DNA from: Antedon mediterranea
Taxonomy: Eukaryota; Animalia; Echinodermata
Direction: 5' to 3'
Assembly: GCF_964355755.1 (NCBI RefSeq)
Contig: NC_092674.1
Coordinates: 6,014,001-6,078,000 of the forward strand
Length of the DNA: 64,000 nt
The first letter of the stretch is position 1; each line of letters starts with the position of its first letter. Made by a program: the position numbers and the translations under genes. The notes beneath the pieces were generated by a model. That model saw only the letters and a program-made list of their open reading frames with translations, was not told the origin of the DNA and ran no database searches. Positions 53,001 to 64,000 of the stretch are shown piece by piece.

Positions 53001-56000
53001 AAATTCTTCCTTTTTTCTGAAAATGTAATATGAAAAATATGAGAAGATTTTTTAAATTAAGGCATCGTGTTCTATGTTCCTTATTAAATGTAGAGTGTGG
53101 ACAGAGTTTTAGATTCAACAAGCTGTCAAACTGAGATCTGACTCTTTCCACTTGACTCTGCAACATGAAATTGCTCAATATATTTTTTTCAAAAAATAAA
53201 TAATAGGCTATTGATTTTTTATTTCTCACTGAAAGTATATCTGTCCGATTCCATAAGGTTCAGCGTACAATTGGTATTGTGGAATCCCCGCATCCTAACC
53301 AGACAATCAATTATTACCATGGTAACTATAAACATAGCTGTCAATATAATAAATGGTTTTAGAAATGTATTGTATGTATTATAAGTATTGTAAATTTATG
53401 CTATTGTTTGAGATTAAATTTAATACCGTAGTGTTATACTTGATTGATATTGTTTAATTATACTGGACAAGCTGGATCGCAAGTTTCAATTGAAAAAAAC
53501 ATGAAGATAATTTTTTATATAATTAGTTTTTTTTTTAAAGATATGTATTGTCCCCCAGAAAAAAATAATTCTTAATTTTCTTGTTGAATATGCCATTTTA
53601 ATGTCACATGTGATCCACTTTGATCAAAAATTTAATTTATTTACCTGAAACACTGTAATTTAAAGCAAAAAAATAGTCAGTCAATGGATTTTTGGTTGAA
53701 TTTATCCATTTATTTTGTAATTTTATAAGTGAAAACATTATTTTTTTCGTTTTTTTTCTATGAAAGTGATTAACTTTATGAAAACTACAAAATAAACTAT
53801 TTAAAGTCTGATTTTTATATATCTTCATTTTTCATTTTTTTTGGGACAATACATCTTTAACATCATGTTTAACTAATTGTCTGCAATCTGCATTTCAGCA
53901 TATAAGCCTAGAAAAATGAAAAACAATCAGTTTTCTTCCTTTTTTTCCCTGAAACAAAAAGCTTGTATATTTATTTTATAATAAAAAAAAAATCTAAGTT
54001 TATTTGTTTAAGTCAATTGGAGAATTAAAGCCAACTTACACAGATGAGTGGTAACAGTAATAAAAATATAGAATCTATGTTTCCGCTTCCATTTACACAA
54101 AATGGACGGCCGGTTTACGCTCAGGATAGATACAGATTCTATGTGGCACAAGCTACGCGATTTTTTTGTTTATAGTTACCCCTTGTCTGTGTAAATTGGC
54201 CTTTAGTGAACTCTTCATAGTATGGTTAGTTACAGATTATCAACACTTTAGGCTATTGGTTTAGCTGCATATCAATCATAGATAAGCCAAATATCCCTAT
54301 ACACTGTCATTTAAGAAATATCCAGTTGCCAATACGACGATAAATATCTTATCATAAAACATTAATGAAATTCATTAGATTTTCAGAACTAAATGTGCAT
54401 TATTCTATGACGTCTACTTTCATTTTGTCTGAAATTATTAACTGTTGTTATTTTGAAAAATGTATTATTAATAATATCGATTGTGTTGTTTACCACTGGA
54501 GGCAATCTCGGTAACCTGATACAAGTTGATACAGGGTTAATATATATATCAATTTAAATTTAAATGCTATTCTCCTTTCATTAATCTTATATTCTGTTTT
54601 TACACATAGAACATTATTGATTTTTGGAATGAATTCATCAATACATTGACAATTCATAATTTTAATATGGCAACAAGTAATTTAAACATAATTTCTTATT
54701 CCTATATTTAGAGAAAGAAATATGAGCTTGATTTATGGTTAATTATTTATATTTTATTTATGTTTTATATCTGAAAATCATTTTTTTAATGTACATTTTA
54801 ACTAAATTATTCTAATATTTGTTATACAGTAAAACCCCTATTGGGGGACACGTCTGTACCTTCACACTAAATTATTATGTACTAAAATACACTTCATATA
54901 GTAGAAACTCTAGTAAGAGGACACATTCAGGACACAATAATAAAGTTTTCCTTTAATAAGGGTGTCCCTAGAATAGGGGTTGGCTGCAGTTTTAAAACAT
55001 CATCATAGTCACTAGTGTCACCATAATAGTCCATTTGATTAATGGTGTCCCAAACGGGTTCCACTGAATATTTATTTTAAATTAATGATTTCATATACAG
55101 AGGTAGAATCCCGCCTTTGGGACACCCCTAAGGAATGCCTCTATTAAGTGGACACTTTCCAAGGAAAAGAGTGAAAAGAAATATGAATACTACAGCCAAC
55201 CCATATTCAATGGACACTTTGTTTGTCTATCACCATGTCTCAAAAAGAAATGATGATGGTGGTGTGTTGGGATGTTCCCACTTAAGGTCAGGGTTCATGA
55301 AATGTACCATTATCTGACAGGGGTGTTTCATAAATTGTTTATATATTCGAGTTGTAGCTCTCGTCTCGGGGAGAATAGGCCAATGTTGGTTTATCCAGGT
55401 AAGCTAGCACTTATAGACTACCAACACCACTTTTGGTTTGTGTAGTTTAGTCCTGAAGGTGTCCCTTTAATAGAAGCAATTTGCCGTACACTCAATATGA
55501 AAACACAAAGGACGCTGTTGAATTAATTAATAATATGTATGATATTAAAAAACGCACTCCAACTGATATTGCAACTTCAATGCCTGATGCTTAAAGTGCG
55601 TGTGGTAGAGTTTATTACAGTACGATATTAAATAAGTAGTAGTACACACGCACTGTACATTATTCAAATATAAACTTTACTACTCTACTAATAGGGAGCT
55701 TCCAATTTGCAATGACAAAACTACATCTTGTACGTTGTGCGTATGCAGGAATATTGGGACGTGTGTTTCTAGGTTCAAACGACTGACAACACATCGATTG
55801 ACCTAACCTAGGTTGGTCGTTGGTCCCCGGCAAATCGAAAGTTCCCTAATACAGTACTGAAACAAAATGTGTGTCGTGTGAGAGTAAAATTCGCTATAGT
55901 TTTTAAAATTTAATTAAACTCATCACTAATTTGTTTTAATTACCTCCCAAATAAGCAGGTATTGTATCATGAAAATCAGAAAACATGAAAAAGGTCAATT

Positions 56001-56260
56001 AAATACAGTAAACAGTATATGTTTTAAAAAAAAACACAATTATCAACAAAATTAATTTAAAAATTACACATTAAATGTCAATAAAATTAATATTTTGAAA
56101 AAAGGCCAATTAAATATTAATTGAATATAGAATTATATACGTTTCTTTAATTTTTCCAGGTTTTCACAATGACGTTCTTAACTGTTAACAATGTATGTGT
56201 CATTTGGTTCCTGACCTGAAGAAGATTTTATGTAATATAGTATCTGTAAAGCTGAGCATC

Positions 56261-59200
56261 ATGGGATGCGGCGTTAGCAATTCCCAGGATACCGACTCTC
56301 AAGCAATGAGTCATTCAGAAAAAAGTGAGTACCGCTGAAAATATATTTTTCCCCTGAAAAAATAATTTCTTTTTTCTTTCTTCAACTTTTTCTTGAATAT
56401 GCCATTTAATGTCACATAATTGTTATTCACTTTGATTGACCAAAAATTGGATTAAAAAAAAAACATTTTCCTGAAAAAATTGTAATTTTAAGAAAAAAAT
56501 ACTCAAATTTGTTTTTTGTTGAATTTAACTGTTTATTTTCTCATTTTATAAGTGGAAAGATTATGAAAACTTTATATATATTTTTCAGGTTTTTTTTCTA
56601 ACAAAGTCATTACACAATGATTTGATTATTGTTCATTTTTCATGTTTGCACCAAAATTGGATAATTGTTAATATTTTGAATTTTCTTTTTTTGGGGTATA
56701 TTTTTTGTTACCTTAACAATGTATTGTATTTAGATCTGCTTAAAATAAATTTATCCATTGAGTACTTGTATACTATAATTAGATTTTTTTAATTACAACA
56801 TTTGTAATATACAAATATTTGAAGGTGTTGTCAAGTAAATAAATTAACTACAGTATTAGCATTCAGTGTTATCATTACATTGTTGACTATATATTGATTT
56901 TTCTTTGTATGTCATCAGAAAATAATCTATAACTGTTAATTAGGTGATAATCTTCTTTATTACCTGTTAATTATGAACATAATATTCGAAATGTTTCTAT
57001 GTATATGACAATTCAAATATTCCTAATGCAATATTATTACTAGATGACATATATGATTTATACCAAGATAACATAATTTGCTATATTTTTGACAATATTG
57101 GAAAATCGTTTTTAATTAAAGCTATGAAACATAGGACCCATTGGCTGGAAGCCAATTGGACTATTTTTTGCTTTAAATTACATTTAAAAATTTGCAATGA
57201 CACTTTTAGGAGGAAAAAAGAGAAACTCCCAGCTTTAATTCTAAAAATGTTAAATCCTTTTAATATTAACATTTTTTCAGGTAAATTTTTTTTATCCAAT
57301 TTTTGGTCAAAGTGAATAACTATTATGTGACATTAAAATGGCATATTCAACAAAACAATGTTTCAGAATTATTTTTTCAGGAGAAAAATACATCTTAATA
57401 AATTAATAATAAATAATGTTTTTGTATTACTTGTTGAGTGAAATGTTGTATTTTTTATATGCAATATTATGTTCAACTTCAATTTATTTATATAATGAAA
57501 TGCAATAATAAAGTTCAATTTCATACAATAATACCGTTATATAAAAAAACACAATTATAGGGGAAGTATTCAGTAATTTGTTTTATTTTAAATTTTAAAG
57601 TAGGAATTTCTCAATTTTTCATGTAATTTTTAAAAAGATTTTTCCATAGAAAAATATGAAAATTATAAATGAAAGATTAATATGGTATTTGGTAAGTTTT
57701 TAACTGACTTAATGATTTTTTTTAATGTTTTAGCCATCAAGTCGGCACTGTTGATACAGAGATGGTTTCGCAGTTACCAAGCAAGGATGGAAACTCGACG
57801 TAGATGTACGTGGAGTATTTTCCAAAGCATAGAATACTCAGGAGAGCAAGATCAACATAATGTACGTATTACAAAGCAGCTGAGAATATAGATCATCGTG
57901 GCCTTGCGTTTTGTGGCCTTGCGTTTTCCTTTTGTGTCGTTCCATTAAAATACTCACAAGTTTGAATCATCCACAACACTTCAAATGACTTAAGCTCTGT
58001 CTACACTATCAACCTAACAAAAAAATTGTGATGTGCCCAAATTTGGTAGTGATATGCCAAAATATGGTAGTGATATGCAGAAATATGGTAGTGATATGAC
58101 ATCATCATGTCCATATATGGGCACATCACATTTTTTTTGTCACAGTTTGATAGTGTAGACAGAGCTTTAGCGTAACAAACAACATATGTGGCATCACTCC
58201 TGTTTTGGCTGCGAGAATCCCATATTTGTGGCTTATCGATCATGAGGTCTAACATCATGCTCCCGGTTTTTCACATTTTCTCCCAGGTTATACAAGTATA
58301 CATAATCAGTTTTTTTTTTTTTTTTGCACTAAAATTCAGCAAAAAGCTCCAACATAAGTGAATTTACTATATTTAAGCTGTTATACAATCATCTGCAGTT
58401 TGTTTGTTTTTGTTGTTTCTCTAAACACACACATAACATTTACAAAGAAAGAACAAAAATTACACTTAGTAAAAGAAAACAAAAAGTGTGCAGAAGGAGA
58501 CCAAAATAAGTTTGGAGATAAATTTAAGTCATGGCCACCAGATTAAAATAAAAAAATAAGTTAATAAAATATTGAAGGTAAAGTAACCTAATTTATAATA
58601 TATAACTAATTTTAATAACTAATATTAGGAAACAGTAGAAGTCATAATAATTTTTTTTTATTGAAGGAGATTCAACCCTTTCCCCTTCCCCACACAAAGC
58701 TGTGTACCTCCATTTATAATTACACTCGTCACCTGATCTCTCCATCAAAACAAATCACGGTTTTATTTCATCTTGTATATTGCCATATACCCCTATAGAA
58801 TTGAAAAGCAAAGGTCCCTTTATAAACACTCTTATATGACATATAGCTATATATGTTGGCATTGAAAGTAACTAATCTGAACTTATGCTTATAATGGTGT
58901 TTTTAATAAGAAAATGTGTGTTTACATCTCCTAACCCTCTGGCAGTGTACCTAAAAGAAATAGCAAAAGCTGACAGCAATGGAAATTTGTATCTTTGAGA
59001 TATCCGTCCTTTGTGTTTTATAACTTGGTTTCCATGCCAACAATCAAGCACTATACAAGATATCAAGGATGATAAATTTAATGATTAAAGTTGCCATAGT
59101 TATCATAACATTTTTTATATTATTTTATTGCATGTAACATACTTTGTATGCTAATTAGCTGGCTATTAAAATTAAATATAAATTAAATCATTTTTTGTAA

Positions 59201-61437
59201 ATTATTTTTTCATTGTATTCGTTTATTTCAATTTCATATCTACTGTATTTTTTACAGTAGACCTCCTCCTTTGGGACACCCAAGTCTCCCAGGGAAAAAC
59301 AAGAGGAATAATGTCACTACTACTGCCAACCCATTTTCAAGGGACACCCCTATTAAGGGGGCAGTCTCCCAGGGAAAAACAAGAGGAATATGTCAACACT
59401 ATAGCCAATCCATTTTCAAGGGACACCCCTATTAAGGGGAAGTCTCCCAGGGGAAATGTACTAGATGAATATGTCACTACTGCCAACCCCTTTAAAAGGG
59501 ACACCCCTATCAAGGGGACACTTTTCTGGGGAAATGTACGAGAGGAATATGTCACTACTGCCAACCCCTTTAAAAGGGACACCCATATTAAGAGGATATA
59601 CATTGTTGGGTCCTGAAGGTGGCTCCTTAATAGGGAGTTCTAGAACCTCTATTAAGGGGACACCTTTGGTACTAAAAAAAGTGTTCCCTTAATACAGGTG
59701 CCCTTAATATGGATTGCGTACCTGTTAATTGCCCTTTGTTAGGTTTATGGGAAATGTCCCCTTAATAGGGGTTTCCCAATGGAGGTGTTCTACTGTATTT
59801 AAATTATGTAAAAAAGTGGAATAATCCTACAAACGAGAATAAATTTAATTTGTTCAGGCATCGACACTCGTTAATTTCAATGGATTACAGGTTCTTGCAC
59901 GTTTTCCAACAGTGTAATTTGTTATAATTTCTTGAGCTTAAAAATAATCACTCCTGGTTTAGAGAGAATACTTTGCGGACTTCATTCCAAGGTTGTATGA
60001 AGTGTAAAAAGGTCAAATTAATTTGTAAATAACTGAACAATGATGTTGTTAATAATTATTATTGATAAGATGGTTAATCTTAGGCCTACAATCACTAGCC
60101 TTATAATTGATTATACTCTACAAAATCTAATGGCTAATTCATTATTCGGTTTTAACAAATAGGCCTACAATCACTAGCCTTATAATTGATTATACTCTAC
60201 AAAATCTAATGGCTAATTCATTATTCGGTTTTAACAAATAGGCCTACAATCACTAGCCTTATAATTGATTATACTCTACAAAATCTAATGGCTAATTCAT
60301 TATTCGGTTTTAACAAATAGGCCTACAATCACTAGCCTTATAATTTATTATTCTCTACAAAATGTAATGGCTAATTCATTATTCGGTTTTAACAAATATT
60401 TTTTCTGAAATAGGAAAATGGAGTATAAAATGATCTTTTAAATTAAATGAATAGAAATACAGTAATTAATTTAATCTTTAAAAAAACTATATATAATTAG
60501 TTAAAAACGTTTGATACAGTCTTTATCTATCAGTATAGCCATAATAATGTGTTGTTTTGTAAACTATAGTAATTAATAATATAATAATGTCTACAGTCTA
60601 CATCCAATAAATCCCAAAACATAATCCACATGTATTTTAAGAGGCACTATATGTCAACAAATAATTATTAGTCCTCTCTCCATGACGGTTGTCACATAAT
60701 GCTTTGTATTATTTTTTATTGTATTTATATGTTTCATATGGACAGTTTGTCTGAAATAAAGTTGAATTGAATTGAATTTATAAATACAAAGAAATGTGTA
60801 CAGCAATTTTGATTCAAAAAGATGTACATTAAGAAATATAACAAAAAAGAATATATGGAGTAACATAACAAGTTTAGTTTAAAAAGAAAAGAATACAAAT
60901 TCCTAAAATTACAATTTTTTTATTCTTGTGCATAGAATTTAGCTAAAACTTGTTTCATGATGATTTTATGTATTTTGAGTGCAACACGTTCTTAAGAGAT
61001 GTTTACATATTACATTTTTTACAGACTTTATCAAAATTTTGTCTATGAGTGTTAGCTTACCTGTATAAACGGCCTCCCACCGTCCCCCATTTCGCAAGAG
61101 TTATTGCAAAATGATGATGGTGGTTTGTGGGGAGGTTCCCACTTGAGGGATGGTTCATGGACTGTACCATTTGTGGAGTGGGGTGTTCAATGAAAATTTC
61201 TACTTTTCGAGCTATACCTCGCTCTTCGAGTAAAAAGGGCTATTGTCGGTTTATCCAGGTAAGCTAGGCACGAAATAGACTACAAACACCACTGTTGGTT
61301 TGTTTAATTTATAGCAATCCTAAGTTATTATATAATAATAATGATTTTTTTTTTACAGCTTTACAACTTTTTCAACGACATGCTTCTAACCTTAGGGGGC
61401 AACGATAAGAGTAAAGTTTATGCTGAAGGTGATAAAG
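56261..61437 (+). CDS. PPEF: Serine/threonine phosphatase with EF hands (PPEF/rdgC family), 5' exons only
   Basis: Exons 56261-56324 (MGCGVS..., acylation-type N-terminus), 57734-57861 (IQ motif [37 protein letters not shown]) and 61359-61437 (LYNFFNDML). The catalytic domain lies beyond the window. Confidence 0.88.
59256..59795. mobile_element. Tc1-like MITE cluster with internal ~70-bp tandem repeats
   Basis: tacagtaga...tctactgta ends; repeated gggacacccctattaagggg (family also near 19400, 26320, 43310, 54830, 55100). Confidence 0.65.
60081..60398 (+). repeat. 79-bp tandem repeat x4
   Basis: taggcctacaatcactagcc...ttcggttttaacaaa, near-identical units. Confidence 0.9.
61050..61305 (+). 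mobile_element. Helentron-like non-autonomous element (HINE)
   Basis: Sub-terminal inverted repeat tagcttacctg(t/g)ataaac / gtttatccaggtaagcta plus 3' hairpin caaacacca..tggtttg; copies at ~32400-32548 and 55225-55442. Confidence 0.55.
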
Positions 61438-61489
61438 GTAATTTTTTATGTTTTTAATTTTGAAAAAAAAGCATAATGTTAATGTTGTG

Positions 61490-61712
61490 TGATTTATAAA
61501 ATGCTTATACAATCAAAAGATTGTCCCAAAGCGCTAAGAGATAAAACAGAAAGAAATTACAAAGAAAAAAGATGGGTTTTTAAGAGTGTTTTGAAAACTA
61601 TGATGAGGATGCATTTTTAATAGGATCAGGAAGATTGTTCCACAGTTTAGGAGCTGCAACTGCAAAGGCTCCATCACCATAGGTCTTATGGCAGCTGGGT
61701 GGAACAAAAAAT
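61490..61712 (-). mobile_element. L2/CR1-group LINE 3' fragment
   Basis: KTYGDGAFAVAAPKLWNNLP-type terminus; gcgctttgggac...aagcattt 3' stem. Confidence 0.6.
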
Positions 61713-62629
61713 GCAGATGGATTAGTGGATATATTTTATTCCTTCGATTTGTTGTTCATTCAGTAAAACTGAATTGCGATACATTTTTACATAACAGTCA
61801 TTGAAGCAATGATTTAAAAATGTAGAGACAAGAAAAACATTAAAATCTGACAATAAAACAGAGAAAAAACATAAATAACATGCTTAAAACAGGATAAAAA
61901 CAGAGCAAAATTATAAATGAAACAGATTAAAAGCAGAAAATTGATTTTCTTTACCATATGAGTAACAGTAAAATACTTAACAAAGGCAAACAAAATGAAA
62001 AAATCCAATAAAATATGAATAAACAGAAGTTAAAAAAGAAATTTTAAAATAATCAAAATTACCAACATTTTCTTATTTTTTTTTTATTTATTTTTTTATT
62101 TCAACCACATCCAACAGCGAAAGATCGCCAATTACAGGATGCCTTAAAACTCTTTAGATATAAATATAGAATTAAAAGCACATGAAAATACAAAACATGA
62201 AACATACAATATTTTATATTCATTTTTAACTTGTATTAAGTTGTATGTTACAGGGATTGCGGACACAAATGTGTTATGGCGCTCTGTTGCTGTCGCAATC
62301 CCTGGACCGCTTGTTGTCGAATAAAGAAATGAAATGAAATGAAATGAAATGAAACAAAAAGGCAAACTTAAATCGATTTAAGAATTTTAGACTTAAATTT
62401 GGACAAAAGTGTCAATAAAATATCGATAGTCTTATCCTTAATAATTATATAATCTGTTTATAATTACTATATAAAACTACAGAATAAAAGAGATATTATA
62501 TCTTGGTGTATACATATTATACCTGACCTGTTAATACTAAAAAGAATTGAACGTAATTATTCTTCAAATTTGTTTATCAATTAAAATTAAACTGCTAAAA
62601 AAATAGCCATTAAAGGCCAAGGAAAAAAT

Positions 62630-63389
62630 GTTTTTTATTGTTTTTTATTATTTTTTTTATTCTCAATTTAGGCAAAAATTGCTAATTGGTAAGTGAATTC
62701 ATTCTGTTTTTCTCAACAACCCTGTTCACAGGAAAACAAATACACATCAAGAAAAACTATTTATTATTTTTTTATTATTTTGTTTATTCTCAATTTAGGC
62801 AAAAATTGTTAATTGGTAAGTGAATTCATTCTGTTTTTCTCAACAACCCTGTTCACAGGAAAAACATATACACATCAAGAAAAACTATTTTTTATTTTTT
62901 TATTATTTTGTTTATTCTCAATTTAGGCAAAAATTGCTAATTGGTAAGTGAATTCATTCTGTTTTTCTCAACAACCCTGTTCACAGGAAAAACAAATACA
63001 CATCAAGAAAAACTATTTTTTATTTTTTTATTATTTTGTTTATTCTCAATTTAGGCAAAAATTGCTAATTGGTAAGTGAATTCATTCTGTTTTTCTCAAC
63101 AACCCTGTTCACAGGAAAAACAAATACACATCAAGAAAAACTATTTTTTATTTTTTTATTATTTTGTTTATTCTCAATTTAGGCAAAAATTGCTAATTGG
63201 TAAGTGAATTCATTCTGTTTTTCTCAACAACCCTGTTCACAGGAAAAACAAATACACATCAAGAAAAACTATTTTTTATTTTTTTATTATTTTGTTTATT
63301 CTCAATTTAGGCAAAAATTGCTAATTGGTAAGTGAATTCATTCTGTTTTTCTCAACAACCCTGTTTACAGGAAAAACATACACATCAAG
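62630..63389 (+). repeat. ~126-bp tandem repeat x6
   Basis: ttattctcaatttaggcaaaaattgctaattggtaagtgaattc...cacatcaaga units, near-identical. Confidence 0.9.
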
Positions 63390-64000
63390 ATGTTCTATTC
63401 TACTTTTGTAGACAATTTTGTCTTCAGTGTTTTAACATTTTCCCTATTCTTTCCAATATACTGACACGTGACATTCTAAATGTAATAAGGGTACTTAGCT
63501 GTATTTTCGTAACCTTCATTCGTATTGGTTTGCAAATGTGATTGCCATGGTTACCACCATAACTTTGATATTTGAAGGGTTATTCAAGAGTTATTCAAAT
63601 AATTTTAAAATGGACATTTAATTAATATTTTAGAGGACTCTGTTTTAATTGATTTCTAGAATGAATATATCAGAATCTTTTTTTGCTTGTAAAAAAATAA
63701 GATTCATTATTATATAAGTTCTATAAAAGTGAGAATATTAAATATGTATATGTATATATATATATATGTATATATATATGTCCCCCCCCCCCCCCCAAAA
63801 ATAATTCTTAAAAATGTTGTTCAATATGCCATTTTAATGAAACATATTAGTTGGCCATTTTGATAAAAAATTTGATGGAAAAAATGTATTTACCTGAAAA
63901 AACTGTAATTTAAAGCAAAAAAAAAAGAGTCAAATTGGCTGCCAGTTTTTGGTTGAACTTAACCATTTATTTTGTATTTTTATAAGTGAAAACATAATTT

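Noticed and set aside
59311-59692. ORFs of 75-101 aa in the PPEF intron
   Set aside because: They derive from tandem subterminal repeats of a Tc1-like MITE.
61245-61270. U1 snRNA (cttacctgg)
   Set aside because: Similarity is limited to 9 nt; it is the inverted repeat of a dispersed element.

Overview
This is AT-rich, intron-containing animal genomic DNA from an invertebrate, plausibly a deuterostome such as an echinoderm (the taxon is an inference). Six spliced genes were assembled by hand from their exons, arranged as three head-to-head pairs: RanGAP1(-, 3' end outside the window)/SPCS3(+), USP12/46(-)/RPL21(+) and ETFDH(-)/PPEF-rdgC(+, 3' part outside the window). Introns and UTRs are full of non-autonomous mobile DNA. 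This includes about 25 copies of one PIF/Harbinger-type MITE with an internal 21-bp repeat (one copy expanded into a 1.3-kb satellite), plus other Harbinger-, Kolobok-, piggyBac-, Merlin- and Tc1-like MITEs, Helentron-like elements, Deu-domain tRNA SINEs and LINE 3' fragments. The most interesting observations are: (1) a candidate alternative terminal exon in RanGAP1 that replaces the SUMO/nuclear-pore-targeting domain with a 13-aa NES-like tail; (2) a TSD-flanked Penelope-like insertion carrying a minimal variant hammerhead ribozyme; (3) a ~150-bp near-perfect inverted copy of a MITE end plus its unique flank inside another MITE 34 kb away; (4) USP12-RPL21 head-to-head microsynteny like that in vertebrates; (5) several tandem duplications of splice sites and a GC-AG intron. 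Most ORFs in the supplied track are spurious. All exon boundaries come from reading the sequence, without transcript data.
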